From positions 29,450,001 to 29,514,000 of the forward strand of contig OZ024754.1 of the NCBI GenBank assembly GCA_964016885.1: a stretch of DNA of 64,000 bases, read 5' to 3'. Below, one piece after another: positions 1 through 14,699 of this stretch. Every line of letters starts with the position of its first letter. The first letter of the stretch is position 1. The notes beneath the pieces were generated by a model that ran no database searches, was not told where the DNA came from, and was given only the letters and a program-made list of their open reading frames with translations. The stretch is from Eledone cirrhosa. Lineage: Eukaryota. The position numbers and the translations under genes were made by a program.

Positions 1-145
1 GCAAACATCAAGACACTTTTCTTATTGTTTCGCGAGTCTCGATAGCTTGCTGCCATGCAAAAGTACCGAATACTACTAAAGCGAACCATCGTTGTTTCAT
101 AACCTATGCTATAGAAACTATTTCAAATCAAATTTTGAACCAGAC

Positions 146-300
146 AGTATCGGTAGAGGGTGGGACGCCATGAATTACGGCCCTTTCTGATCTGAGTTCA
201 AATCCCGCCGAAGTTAGCTTTGCCTTTCATCCTTACGGGGTCGATAAAATAATGCACTGGAATAATTACTGGCCTTGCGCCAAAAGTAAAAATAATTATT
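146..300 (+). mobile_element. tRNA-derived SINE (octopus OK-like family), 5'-truncated copy
   Basis: B box GAGTTCAAATCC, core ttgcctttcatccttacggggtcgataaaat, 3' end ggccttg(t/c)gccaaaagta..aattatt. About 27 full or partial copies occur in the window. Confidence 0.85.
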
Positions 301-349
301 TACAAGAAAGGTTTAAAGAAAAAAGCTGGATTTTAACCTAATATAACAG

Positions 350-445
350 GTGGCGGCGTGTGGTCTAGTGGTTAGATTGTTATCCATGAAATCAATTGCG
401 GTGCGTTGCGTTCACGAGCAAAACATTTCATTATACATTGCTTTT
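350..445 (+). mobile_element. degenerate second tRNA-SINE family (OR-like) fragment
   Basis: A-box-like tggtctagtggtta head; gagcaaaacatttcattatacattgct resembles the copies at 1420-1690 and 60235-60360. Confidence 0.5.
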
Positions 446-746
446 CATGATAGAACTGAGGTCATTATCATTAAAATTAAAATGCCAAGGAATTTCTTAT
501 AATTTCAACATCGTAGGAGGTCAGTGAAATTTGCATAGGTGTGAGCTGTAAATTTCATACTGTTTGTAATATATACGTCAGAATATGACTGAATTTCTAT
601 ATTTCTAATAAAATAATATACACCTAATTGTCTATGTATAAAGAATAGGAATAAACAGACATTCCTTGATATCTGCAATCTCACATGCTCTTGTTGTTGA
701 GTCATAGATATATTAATTACGTAATTTTCAGTAAAATCTGCCAAAG

Positions 747-783
<37 letters not shown>

Positions 784-964
784 AGATGGAATACCCACCA
801 GTGTAAATTGTCAGATTACAAGACAAGCTATCAGAATGGGCTTCGCTATATGAAAGAAGGCAAACATCTGCTGTTAGAGGCTTTATTTAAACTAATTACT
901 TCGTCATTTAGTCGATATATATGTTTACCATCGTGTAATAGTTATTTAAACATATCCATATATG

Positions 965-1031
<67 letters not shown>

Positions 1032-1191
1032 TCCGGAGTGAACAGACCCACCTGCGCACTTCGTTGAGTGCTCTACCCTGCATACTAAAGTGTCGGTAAC
1101 TAACCAACACATACTCAAATTTATAATTTATATATATGTACACACACACACACATATATATATATATACATACACACCCTCCACCCTTAAC

Positions 1192-1325
1192 GTCCCTTTA
1201 CGATCTGAGTTCAAATCCCCGCCGAGGTTAACTTTGCCTTTCATCCTTACGGGGTCGATAAAATAAAGTACCAGTAATGTACTGGGATAATTGCTGGCCT
1301 TGTGCCAAAAGAAGAAACAATTATT
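1192..1325 (+). mobile_element. SINE (OK-like), partial
   Basis: B box, core and tail match the family consensus. Confidence 0.85.
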
Positions 1326-1419
1326 TGCTTAAGGGTATTATTTTGACATTGTAAACCACTGAAAAATCGTTTCAGTTACAATTATTGCGAATACTACTGC
1401 ATCAAAGTCTTCATGCCGG

Positions 1420-1690
1420 GAATGTTAGCGGAAAGTAGTATCAATTAATGTGGTTCATGTAATTGAGGTGTTGGGTTCGATTCCTCCACTAGGTGATGTT
1501 GTGTGTTCTTGAAAGAAACATTTTGTTTAACGTTGCTCCAGTCAACTCAGCTGTAAATGAATACCGATAGCAGGTGGGAGTTAACCCTGCGATGAGCTGG
1601 AAACTCGTCTCTCTATCTCAGTCCTGTAATGCCAATGAAACAGAGAGAGATTCCGGCCTCATCAGCCACTGGGCTTGGGGCGTGCATTAA
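1420..1690 (+). mobile_element. second tRNA-SINE family (OR-like)
   Basis: B box GGGTTCGATTCC followed by cgttgctccagtcaactcagctg; a reverse-complement homolog lies at 60235-60360. Confidence 0.65.
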
Positions 1691-3194
1691 CCTGTTTCTT
1701 TATTGCTAGGTAGGCATGCTATCGGTCAAGAGAGGAAAAGGTTGACCACGGTTGGCGATTGAACTTAAATGTTGACGTAACTAAATACTGCAAGGCATAA
1801 TGTCGGACGCTCTACCATTTTCTCAACTACCCCATCTTTCACCCAACTGACGTCAGTATCCCTGAAGCTCTGTCAATGTTTTTACTCACCCCACCTTACA
1901 CTAATTATAACAGAGTATTGAGATTCACGTTAGATCGAAGATAATACTTTTAAATATATTTTATCATTCTGAATCCATCTGGATTAATTCTATATATGAG
2001 GGAAACGTTGGACTTCTTTCATGTCTAAGTATATTGTATAAATACCATAAATGTTTTCATTGGTTATGAAAATTCTGTGTTATTTGAAGTCTATCTTTAC
2101 ATGCATCATTACCCTAGAATAAAATTAATGCACGCAGAAATTTGAAATTCTTCTGCTTCTGGACTTCCACATCACGTTTAGAGAAGAATATTTGCGATGA
2201 AGAACGAGCGTTGTGTATTAAGAGAAATTATAAATAGTCGGTAACGTGATAAAATAAAATTTAATAAAATTGAATGTCGTCTTTTCACCACACAAGAAAT
2301 CTAGAAAGACGTTTTTTTTTAACGAAAGTTTTCAATGAAAAAAAAAAGAAAATATAGGAAAATGGTAGCTTTGATTTAATCATTGGCAATGATTTTTAGT
2401 GGAGGTTGAGGGTGGGGCGTATTTTCAAAGCGATTTCTGTTTGAGCATAAAATATCTCGAAATCCTCCAAATTGCGATAGGTTGAGCATTACAAAAAAAA
2501 AATCCCTTTATGTCATTCTTTCATCTTTCGTTTTAATAAATACATCAGTGTCAATTATGCAGAAAATTCCATAAAATATGTTTATTATGGAAATTATACA
2601 TCAAGGAAGTTGATGTCCAATTTAATGTCTTAGATATATATACTTTAAAGAAGTTAACATGCAGTGAAAAGCATATCGAATCGAAATATATCATATTTTA
2701 GAAATGCTTATTTTCCAGATTAGGAAAAGAGAAAGCAATATCATCCAAAAATAATGCTTATCAGAAAGAGTCATTAAGAATAAATGATGTTTTCAATATA
2801 GACCTCATGGTATAAAAAATAATTAATGTTAACGAATAATCATTGTTGCGTTATACAGATGGGATCATACACCTATGGTTCGGCGCATATATACATCATT
2901 GTCAAAAGTTAATAGGAATAATTCTTCTCTTAGGCCATCAGAATCAAATTTTTCATCATTTTATGTCAGATAATCTTTGAAAAATGAACATTAATTCACC
3001 TATATAATCATCTCTAAAACTGTCGTAGTAATATTCATGCAGTGCCTTTGCACCGATGCATATCAAACACTCGCCTGTTTTCTAGTAGTCCTCCTAAAAT
3101 TGTACAACGTTATCTCAGAAAACCTTCAGTTTCATCGCCAAACTGCAGTCCAGAATCCTTCTACCTGCACATATCTAAATTACTGTAATGGGTA

Positions 3195-3400
3195 GTATCA
3201 ACTCCTACGTCACGTGCCGGTTGGTTTTGCTCGTAGAATCTGTCCAACAATTCTTTCCTGACACATTCCTACCATATGCCCTAAGTATCGGAACTGTGAT
3301 CTCACAATTCGGAGAAGTAGTGGGTCTGGAGCGATTCTCTGATCTCCGAGCTTCACACTCTACCGACCATTGATATTCACAACATTCTTCCAATACTCAT
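3195..3400 (-). pseudogene. RTE-clade LINE ORF C-terminal fragment
   Basis: Minus frame reads LLLRIVRSQFRYLGHMVGMCQERIVGQILRAKPTG, matching the RTE motif R-W-GH-RM-R; in-frame stops present. Confidence 0.65.
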
Positions 3401-3988
3401 GGATGAATATATTTACTTCAGACCTGCCAACCTTAAAAAACGCAAACGAGGAACACCATAAAAAAATAACGCCCCAAATTGGGGGAAACGGGGTAAAATT
3501 GAAAGATTTTACATAATGAAAGCTATACCTATTTTCACAAGAGAAGACATCTATCACCAACACCAAAGTGGGAGGGAGACCTCCCTGTCGGACAGGGAGA
3601 GTTAACAGGTATCTTACTGGAATGATAACAAATAACATTAATCGATAGAATTAAAATCTAAATTACTAAGAATGAGTCGATATCCTGAACTAGTGATATC
3701 ACTGACACAGATACGCTATTATTTAAACGGTTATTGAGGTTAATGTATTAAATTAATAGAGTTTCAAGAAAGTTAACCAATATGCAAACAAGAAAGTAGC
3801 ATCCGATATCATGGCTATAATATATCGAGATGATCAATAATGCGATGTTTTCTTGCTTTAACCCTTTCATTATCTTATTTCTAATGATAAACACTGTTTA
3901 TTATCTTAAAATAAGTTTTTAAGTAATCAGGAATTAAAGGGATTTAGTAATATAAGGGATGTTCTCATCACGTTGTTGTTTTGGAGTA

Positions 3989-4158
3989 TACGAGGGTCGG
4001 CTGAAAAGGAAATGTTGCATTCATTGATTTTAACCTTTCTTATTAATAACTGTATTTATTTTTTCAGGGACTATGTTGAAGAATAAACCTCATTTGGTCA
4101 TCCAATGAGAGTATATTGATGAACTTTTCAGATTATGAACCTTTCAACCGAGCCTTGT
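3989..4158. mobile_element. mariner-type MITE, degenerate
   Basis: TA-CGAGGGTCGGCTGAAAAG ... ctttcaaccgagccttgt imperfect TIRs; same family as 39894 and 60735. Confidence 0.65.
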
Positions 4159-4469
4159 CTTAATAAAAAAATAATACTGAAGATTATGGTGGAAGGATCT
4201 TAGATGAACTTAGATGAATATAAACTCTTTAAAATAAACAGTTTTTTTTTACCATAGGACCAGGTAAGGTGACAGCACTCTTTTAATTCCTAACATACGG
4301 AAATCTGCCAAAGATTTCAAACTTCATCAGCGTAATTTTGTTTTATAATTTACTATAACTTCTCATCTTCAGCAAAATATAATCTTGCGACTGTTTAATA
4401 TGACTTGAAAGACGGAAACATTCACAAAACAATGAATTCTAATTTGAACCCGTCCAGAAATTTGGTGAG

Positions 4470-4960
4470 AGGGGCAAAACAATAAATCGACTTTAGTATT
4501 TGATTGTTGCTTATTTTATCGTCCACGAATTAAAGAAGGTAAAGTTGTCCTCGATGGGCTTTGAACTCAGAATGTAAATGGGCGTAAATAAATACAACAA
4601 TTTTAGGAGAATGGAAAGTCGATTACATCGACCCAATGCATTACTTGTACTTTATTTTATCGACCCAGTGCATTGCTGGTACTTTGGCGGAATTTGAACT
4701 CAGAACGTAAAAGAGTGTAAACAAATATGTCAAGGCATTTCGTCCGATACTTTAACGACTCTACCTAGCTTTATAATAATTGTTTCTCCTTTTGGCACAA
4801 GGCCAGCAATTATCCCAGTGCATTACTGGTACTTTATTTTATCGACTCCGTAAGGATGAAAGGCAAAATTAACCTCGGCGGGATTTGAACTCAGATCATA
4901 AAGGGCCATAACTCTATGCTGCAAAGCATGGCGTCCTACCTTCTACTGATACTGCCAATC
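4470..4960 (-). mobile_element. SINE cluster: old remnants plus a full OK-like copy (4775-4960)
   Basis: Reverse-complement matches to the SINE consensus. Confidence 0.8.
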
Positions 4961-7181
4961 CCCAGAACGTAATAATAATGGCTTCTAATTTTAGTCCAAT
5001 CCTAACAATTTAGGGGAAATGAAAGTTGATTATAGCTGAGATTGTCAACAACTTTGTATTTCATTCTACCGAGGTCAATGAATTAAAGTACGAGTCAAGT
5101 ACTGGGATCGATAAATTGACATTACCTTTCCTCTAAATTGTTGGTCTTGCGTCAAACGTAGACAAAATATTCAGAAAATATCGAAAACAAGGTGAATTAC
5201 ATTAAACGATGCTTTCACGTAGCTAGAACTCACGACAATTCAGTCAATCTAGAAAACAAAAGAAGACATTCGCACCTGCATTAAAACTGTTCTATAAATT
5301 ATAAACAACGAATCTTAGTTTTTAAAATTCGTTTTAATCAAAGATGGTAATTTATTTATTAATGAAAGAATGTTGTTAAATGTGTTGGAATTGAAGAGTA
5401 TGTTCACTGTGAACGTTTATTTTAAATTTTGGCTGTATCACTTCTACTATGCCAAAAACACATCAATTCCAGAACATTTGTTTCAGTAGCTACGAGGATA
5501 CACTTCAACACAGATGAGGCAGGTGAAATGTTTAATGAAATATGGCATAACTGACTTTAAAAAATTTATGGAATAGTTTACTGGTTATTAAAATATATGA
5601 TATTTATAAACGACAGTATATCACGAGGGAATATGAGGTCGAAAACCAGCTGATTTCTTTCAGAGAAAGAATTGACCCCTGTACTTGTACTTTATTTATT
5701 GATGTAGAAAGGATAAAAAGCAAAGTTTAGCTCGGAGGGATTTGAACTTCGAGCACATTGAGCCGAAAACAATAGCATTTTTAATCAGTTGCGCCGACGA
5801 GTAATAGAAATAAAACCTGTATCTTATATTAGCTACTAATTATCAATTTTGAGGCATATCGCAATGTATATATGCTTCCAGCGAGTATCTTAATATGTGA
5901 TACAGTTTCAATGTACGACTGACTATTCAACTATCGTTTCAATTCATTTCACTTCAGAAATGTACGAGCATCATGCATTCTATTTTGTCTTTAAATATTA
6001 AAAAAAAGGTCGGTTTTAGTAGAGAAAACGGTAAAATATGAGAATAGATTATTTATATAATTGGATTATGTTAGAAATGTAATGCTTGTGGTATTAAAAC
6101 GCCTTAAACAACCTCTAGTGCTACGATACTAAACTTTATTTTGATGTGTTGCTATTTATCTAATCACTTTCCATCATCATTTTATGTAAGAACCTTTGTA
6201 AAGTTATGTACCAATAACTTGATAATGAGAAAATTAGTTACAAAAACATTGTGGTTTGGTGTGAAAGTAAATTTCTGTCGAACCGAGGTGAGGTTTTGAA
6301 TCGTCGGGGGAAATCAATCGTCTTTGCCTCACTGAGAAAGTCGTTCACTTTTGTGAACGACTTTCTCAGTGTACTTTTATCTCTATTGTGATACAGAGTC
6401 AAACATCATCTATACACTGGATTTGGCTTAATAGACTATATTCCCATGTGTCAAAGCTAGCCACCAACTTTGATATCAACATTCTATACTTAGACATTTT
6501 TATTTTATAATTACTTTAGAATTCTGTTTAATGTTTTGAGTCTAATTGCCTGGCCTAATATTGGACTTTTTTCTCAAGAATATAATTATAGATTAAAACA
6601 GCAACAGTAATTTAAGTATCTTTTGACATTAGAAACCTTAGACTTATAACGTCATATTCATATAGCTATTCATAACATCATACAGTCTTTTTGATATTTG
6701 TATATATGATAGTATTTCTGAATGTGTGTGACTGTTTTTGTAAGATTGCATTTGTGTGTCTCCGTCTGTCTTTATGAGTACGTGCTTTTATCTTTGTGTG
6801 TGTATATGTATATGTCTGTGTGTGTGTGTTTGTTTGCGTATGCGCGTGTTTCCCCCACATTCTTATTAGCACTGATTAATATAAAAGAATGGATCCTTCT
6901 ATTGTTACAGTCAGGCGATCTATCTTACATAAACGACCAAATTAAGTTTGAGACTAGCGAAGATTAAAGGAGCCTTGGCCCAAGACAAACAAAGTTATAC
7001 AAGCACAACATGGACAGAATGGAGCCAATGGTAGATATTTTTGTATAATATGAAATTATTACATTACAGAAATGTCTGTCAGTATATTAGTTTCCTTGTG
7101 TGTTCTAAATATGATTAATGTGATTATTCTCTCATTATAAAAAATGCATGCCCGAGAGCTTGGATATATACATACATACGT

Positions 7182-7236
<55 letters not shown>

Positions 7237-7352
7237 TATATTTATATAATTATGTATATATACTCATATGCACATTATACACATATTCTATTCCAATATC
7301 TGTAAACCACCATCGGCACGCATGCAAACCAATATGTAACATATACCTATAT

Positions 7353-7406
<54 letters not shown>

Positions 7407-7629
7407 TTTAGTACAGCATTAACGAAGCTTTAGTTCGCGGCCAAGCTAACGAATGCAAATTCGGTCTGTAGCATTAGCACTCGGATGGGAAAAAGTACCC
7501 CAGAGTAATAACAATACGTTTAGACAGCTTAGCAAATCAAATATAGCGATCGGCAGTCCAGCCGCATCACTAGAGCAACGAAAATACAGGACTCAGGAAA
7601 AGATTTTATATATATATATATATATATAA

Positions 7630-9040
7630 AACGAAGGAGTTGTGGTAAGGAACCAGATGGACCATAACGTACCAGAGTACTCGATACTTAGGGTAGTAGA
7701 GTGGGTAATAGGAAAAGGTATGTCCTCGACGGCAGAGCTCAAGCCATTTCGACGGCTATTTCTGGACTAAATTAGAATTTTTAGCCTGGTAAATAAATAG
7801 CCGAACTTTTCAAGAGGTACTTCCTTATATGGGAAGATTGTAGTTGTCAAAAGGATTGGTCAAAATTTCTTATAAACACAATTAAGTCTATCATGGCAGT
7901 GGGTGCGAGGTGGGGATGGCTGAACTTGCCTGTAGAGCAATGAGGGAGTGGGTGGGGCCGGTCAAGCGTTGAAAGGGAAATCTATGCAGCAAATTCTAAG
8001 GATTGTGTATGAAAGTAGGCGAAAAGGGTTCTGGAGAAAATAGAGGAGGGATGTTATAGAAAAGTTAAATCAATTGAGATTTGGAAACAATAAAAAAAAT
8101 AAGAGAAAGATATATAAAAATATAAAATTGGTTAGTAAGAAGTGATAAAAAGCAAAGACTGTGGAGTCTAAAACAGCTTCTATATTTATGTTGGTGGTGC
8201 TTTTTCGGCCACTGCTAAGTTGAGAATAAAAGATACTAAATAGGAATTTTTGATGTTATAGAATTGTGTAGTAAAATGTAATACAAAATCTCTGGGGTCT
8301 AACACAGCTGCTATGATTAGTTAGTATTGCATTTTCGGCCAATGCTATCTTTAATTTACTGGCGTGGGGGTACTGAGGCTACAGAGGCCCGATGAGCTGC
8401 CTCGGGATTGGCGAAAGGGGAAAAAAGAAAGAGGAAGAAGATCGGCAGTGGAAGGAAGTGATAGGGGGAGACAGAGGGAAGAATGGAAACTGAGAGGAAA
8501 AGAAAAGAGGTACATCTACCTATGTCAGCTGGGGTTTCCCCTATCTTATTCGGCAAGTGGGATGTTTCATGCCATTGTCTACCCATCCGGGTCGTTAGGG
8601 GGTTTGAGAGCGGGGTAATTCCTACGCAATCGGTGTTTGCATGCCGTTACCAGTTCGTCTTTTTTGTTTAGGAGTTGGTCCTTCGTAAACAGCATTTGTT
8701 ATGTTTGCTCCGAGCATAAGTTACACGGACGGCGTCCTCCCGTGTAGGAGTTAGCTCTGGTCATTAAGCTCCAAGTAAGATTGTATGTTATGTTATTATC
8801 TTGAAGGTCCCAGATGTGGCCCGAAAATTCCACATCTGTGCCATCCGCACCCACTACCATGATAGACTTAATTGTGTTTACAAGAAATGTTGACTAATCC
8901 TCTTGACAACTACAATCTTCCCATATAAGGAAGTACCCCTTGAAAAGTTCGGCTATTTATTTACCAGGCTAAAAATTCTAATTTAGTCCAGAAATAGCCG
9001 TCGAAACGGCTTAAGCTCTGCCGTCGAGGACATACCTTTT

Positions 9041-9044
<4 letters not shown>
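7630..9044. mobile_element. (TA)n-embedded foldback element, PLE pseudo-LTR-like
   Basis: About 200 bp inverted arms (7709-7910 vs 8843-9044) with an extra ~80 bp tail on the left arm; (TA)n on both sides; related copies at 22243-22441 and 62040-62175. Confidence 0.75.
7738..7816 (-). ncRNA. putative hammerhead ribozyme, U3-A8 core variant
   Basis: CTC-TTGAAAA-[CGGCTATTT...AAATAGCCG stem II]-GAAA-TGGC-TT-GAG; the mirror copy at 8937-9015 (+) has a mismatched stem I. Confidence 0.45.
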
Positions 9045-9090
<46 letters not shown>

Positions 9091-9169
9091 CGTATGTATG
9101 TATATATATTCATATGAACATTCTATTCCAATATCTGTAAACATCGGCACACATGCAAACCAATGTGTA

Positions 9170-9246
<77 letters not shown>

Positions 9247-10309
9247 TAGATAGATATATATTCATTTATTTATAAAGCGAGAGAGAGTGAGAAGGGGTGT
9301 TTATGTGAGGTGCTTGAGCAGATATATTCTTTTATAAATGATAACGTGATGTCAAATGTAAAATTAATCTTATTAATAATTGTTAAAATTAATATAGATT
9401 TGCAATAAAGAAATTGCTGTTATATTTACCAATATTTAAATCTATCATAGCATTAATTCGATCATTTTTTTAAAGATATCTGTTTAAGTTTTGAATTATT
9501 TATTCCACATAATCTTAAAGTCGTTCTTTATCTTTCCATTTCACGTTACGATAATTTTATATCATCACTTCAAGGACATTTTGTTCCTCCTGGAGTTTCT
9601 TCGAAATGTTTATTCCGTGATCAAAGCATCAAACCAACCAATAAAACTATGAAAGATTCTGTTCATAGAAAAAAAATGATTTCTTTTCTTTGATTTCTTT
9701 GCTTGTTTAAAAGAACTGTCTATGTATATCTCTGCGTGTCATGAGAATCTACTAAGAGTTGGTGTCAAGAAGAGCATCCGACCGCAAAAAAAAAAAAAAA
9801 AAAATTCAAAAGTTATTTCCAACAGATATATATAGCCTTTTATGAGGATCGCGAATTTAAATTTTCTTTTAGTACGGAGAATGACCTCATAATGTTGCTA
9901 CTTCTGCAGTCGCTCTTTAACAGAATATTCTTTCATCTGAAAAGATTTCTCGTTCTTTTTTTAATTTTTTTTAATTTAAACTGTAACATTTACTTTTCGT
10001 TTTATCTGTATCGATATTCTAATCATTGTTTTTACGCAAATAAACTTTTGTAGACGATGTTTTGCGTTGTCTATCAAATATACACATGTAATTGAACGAC
10101 GAGATTAAATCCTGGAATACTCTTAACGTTCTTATCTAACGATCTTTAGAACTAGATTTAGTCACATCTGTTGATTTAATTATGTAATTTCATTTGTTTA
10201 TCCATGTTGTGCAGTCTTTCAATAAATCAATTTATGGTTTTCGTTCGTTGTTGAACACTTCCTATTGCATAAGTTAAAATAACGATGATGATGATGATGA
10301 TAATAATAA

Positions 10310-10635
10310 TAATTGTTTCTACTATTGGCACAAGGCCAGCAATTACCCAGTACATTACTGGTACTTTATTTTATTGACCCCGTAAGGATGAAAGGCAAAG
10401 TTAACCTCGGTGGGATGATAATAATAATGGTTTCTTATATAGGCACAAGGCCAGCAATTTTGGGGGAGGAGAGAGTCGATTAAATCGATTACAGTGCATC
10501 ACTGGTATTTTATCTATCGACCCCGTTTGGATAAAAGACAAAGTTAACCTCAGTGGTATTTGAACTTAAAACGTAAAGGATCGTAACTCTCTGCTACAAA
10601 GCATGTTGTACGATGCTTCACCTATACTACCAATC
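10310..10635 (-). mobile_element. two SINE copies (partial OK-like, plus a longer older subfamily)
   Basis: Reverse-complement core and tail; the second copy retains a gtcgattaaatcgat insert. Confidence 0.8.
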
Positions 10636-10657
10636 CAGTAATTGAATTAGATGATTG

Positions 10658-11135
10658 TAAAATCTTATGTGACTCCGCAATACAGTTAAATAAAGTATTA
10701 GAACATAATAAGCCAGACGTAACTGTGGGGGACAAAAACTATGTGGGTCTATAATGAACCACTCATACCAATATGACTTAAGAAATGTGAAGAGGAAAAG
10801 GAGAAAAATAACAATCCATTAAGGTATGAGATTGCTCAGTTGTGATAATTGAAGATGGCGAAAGACAGGCCAGTAGTGATAGGTGCCATGGGAATAGAAA
10901 CCCATAAATTTGATTATTGGATGAAGGAAATGGAAATTGAGTGCAACCCTATTGCATTAATCGAGAAAGCTTGTATTCGGGAACAGCGCAAATTGTTTGG
11001 AACACAGAAAATTATGGGCAGATGATGAAGACATATTTAGTGTTATCTATGACCAGTGATCGTGGTCAGCTATCACAAAATATCGGGATTTTTCAACACG
11101 ATATCTGAGAAAGAAAACCCTATAATAATAATATT
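10658..11135 (+). pseudogene. R4/Dong-like (RLE-type) non-LTR retrotransposon 3' fragment
   Basis: Translates KILCDSAIQLNKVLEHNKPDV...PVVIGAMG, matching KILWD..IQTD..RPD..VPVVIGALG; ends in (TAA)n. Confidence 0.7.
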
Positions 11136-11139
11136 AATA

Positions 11140-11530
11140 ATAATTGTTTCTACGTTAGGCACAAGGCCAGAAATTCCCCCAGTGCATTACTGGTACTTTA
11201 TTTTATCGACCCCGTAAGGGATGAAAGGCAAAGTTAACCTCGGCGGGATTTGAACTCAGAATGGCAAAGGCCGTAACTCTATGCGTCAAAGCATGGCGTC
11301 CGACCCTCTCCCGATACTGCCAATCCAACACCCTTATAATATTAATAATAATTGTTTCTACTTTTGGCACAAGGCCATCAATTACCCAGTACATTACTGG
11401 TACTTTATTTTATCGACCCCGTAAGGATGAAAGGCAAAGTTAACCTCGGCGGGATTTGAACTCAGACCGCAAAGGGACGTAACTATGCTGGAAAGCATGG
11501 CGTCCGACGCTCTACCGATACTGCCAATCC
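11140..11530 (-). mobile_element. two tandem OK-like SINEs
   Basis: Two full reverse-complement copies, each followed by the same flank aacacccttataatattaataataat. Confidence 0.9.
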
Positions 11531-11579
11531 AACACCCTTATAATATTAATAATAATATTCATAAAGTATATATATATAT

Positions 11580-12144
<565 letters not shown>

Positions 12145-12149
12145 ATATG

Positions 12150-12778
12150 TGTAACCCATTTGAAACCACGCAGCACGTTTGTTTTCATATTCACACATAT
12201 TTTCCTCCGCTGTGACCCGTCTATTTCGTTCTTACTGCTTCCTCTTTCTCTGTATCTTTACCCTCTCTAACAGTCACTCTCTCTGTTAGCCTCTTCTTCA
12301 CCCTTCACTCACTCACTCTCTGCTACTACCTCTCCTACTTCCACCCGTTTGATCTGTGCGTAACTCTTTTCTCGCACACGCTTGACCAGGCTGGTTGTTC
12401 CTTTTTTCTCTCTTGTCTACGATTTCACAGAACTTATGTTCACCGAATTCAGGAACTAGACTCCTTCTTCCTCCCGTTTGACCTGTGCGGAATTCCTTCC
12501 TTGCTCACATTTTGACTAGGTATGATAGTCTTTATTCTCTCTCGTTCACGATTTCACCGAACTTATATTCATGGAAATCTAGGACTTGACTCTTTCTTCC
12601 TCACTTTTCGTTGTTTTACCATCTTTGTTTGTTTACATTCTCGCCCGTTCCCCCTATTTAAGTGTCCCAACGACTTTCTTTAGCCGTTGCTCGCACCAAC
12701 CGGAGGTATATGGTCTTTAAAACGATGAAATACCAATGATGGTTGGAAGATCACTGATGAAGGACTAACTTTATTCAT
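12150..12778 (+). mobile_element. microsatellite-flanked pyrimidine-rich element with a ~129 bp internal duplication, ending in a truncated CTGATGA
   Basis: cccgtttga(t/c)ctgtgcg at 12344 and 12473; ends cactgatgaaggac...(TA)n. Confidence 0.4.
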
Positions 12779-13454
12779 ATATATATATATATATATATAT
12801 TGATTCCTCTAAATAATTCTACGTATTCTAATATAACGAACGTGTATTGTATTGACTGAATTCTCTATCCTATACTTCAGGGCATTTGTAATCCACATTG
12901 AATATTAAGACTCGAACATACACCAGGTATCACCTGATACCATTCCTTCTCTGCCATCCTCTATATCTATATGTATAACCTTGCATTATCCAGTCGTCGC
13001 TGGTTATTGACCGGTAAGCAAGGGCGTAATATTTACTCTATATACTACCCTGAAAATATATCGTGACTATATATATTACACTAAAACTTTTTCATAAAAG
13101 CCTCCTTCTGTAAATTGTCACCTTCTCTCTATATCACTTACACACACTCTCTCTTTCTCACTCTCCTGTCAATCTCTCTCTCTTTTTCATTCACGCACAC
13201 TCTCTTTCTCTGTTTTAATCTCTCTGTCACTCTCTATCTCTCTCTCATTCACACACACTCTCTCCCTTTTTTAATCTCTATGTGTGTCTTTGTTGAAGAT
13301 ATTTGTTCTATGAATAAATATTTTTCGCGGTTATTTCGAGCATGCATGACCAGCCTGATTGACGCGTGACCTCAGCGCTGACATTTCCATCTGACGGGAT
13401 GGTAGTAGTACGTTATAAGCTTGCGCCCCCACATCAGATGGTCATAAGTAGACT

Positions 13455-13640
13455 TAATAATTGTTTCTACTATTGGCACAAGGCCAGCAATTACTCAGTA
13501 CATTACTGGTACTTTATTTTATCGAACCCGTAAGGATGAAAGGCAAAGTTAACCTCGGCGAGATTTGAACACAGAATGGCAAGGGCTGTAACTCTATGCG
13601 TCAAAGCATGGTGTCCGACACTCTACCGATACTGCCAATC
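13455..13640 (-). mobile_element. OK-like SINE
   Basis: Full reverse-complement match. Confidence 0.9.
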
Positions 13641-13762
13641 CTCCAATCAACACTTGAGGGCGGCCAACAGAGGTAGAAGCTGCTAAATTGTCGGCCGCCC
13701 TCTTGTCTCTGATTTTCAGCACCATGGATTTTATCTGTTATATTCCTTTGTTATATTTTGAA

Positions 13763-13820
13763 TTACCTGATGATGTCACCGGATTCATAGTGAACCCGGC
13801 CATTGAAATGATCATAGTAT
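13763..13820 (+). ncRNA. minimal type I hammerhead ribozyme
   Basis: TAC-CTGATGA-[CCGG.TTCA..TGAA.CCGG stem II]-GAA-ATGATCAT (palindromic stem III)-A-GTA; homolog at 24784. Confidence 0.7.
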
Positions 13821-14016
13821 AATAAACCTTTCAAGGATTTACACCAGTCCAGCCTCCTGTTATTTTATAATAATTAACCCAGTACTCGCACCACCAACTA
13901 CGCACACGAAGACGGGTGAGTTGCATTACATTGAGCGTTCTCCATAATATTACATCGAGGTTGACCATACCATATGGAATGACCAGTTCTATCCAGTGGT
14001 GAACCAACAAACCTAA

Positions 14017-14053
<37 letters not shown>

Positions 14054-14259
14054 AATGCATCTACACACAGATATATATATATATGCATATAAATCTATGT
14101 ATATTTATATATATGCATATATATAATAGTAGAACACTGGTGGATTATATCCGTAGTAGTAGAGCACTCTGTCCATGGGACGAGTTTGGTAGAAGTAATT
14201 CCACAACAGTTAGTTCACCATACCGTTCTCAGTATAGTGAACTAATTGTTGTGGAACTA

Positions 14260-14299
<40 letters not shown>

Positions 14300-14699
14300 G
14301 ATTAAAGTTTAAAAGTTTAAGCTAAGCATTTCTACTTTCACCCTATAGACGATCTTCTGAAAGTGAGAAAAATTAATCTGTAAAGGCAGAAGTATATATG
14401 TAAAAAAACGTTACAACCAAATATTGCCTTTAGAAAACAGGAAGAACTAAGGGCGGTATGTAGAGACATTCTTTTGAGATGGGCGAAAATTGCAAGGATA
14501 ATTACGTCGTTATGCATAGCGTGAAGAACAAATTCTTACTATGGAAGGAATATAACTTTGTTATGAAAAAACCACCTGACTAATATTCTTTTCAAAAAGG
14601 TTTCCAGCGACCATGTATGGGAAATGATGTTAATAAAAATAAAATGATTAAAAAAACCCCCAAAACATGAAGGTATTAATAATAGTAAAAGTAATAGTA

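Noticed and set aside
3020-3180. VEGFW peptide reminiscent of Merlin/IS1595 transposase
   Set aside because: Only five residues, followed by stops, with no TIRs.
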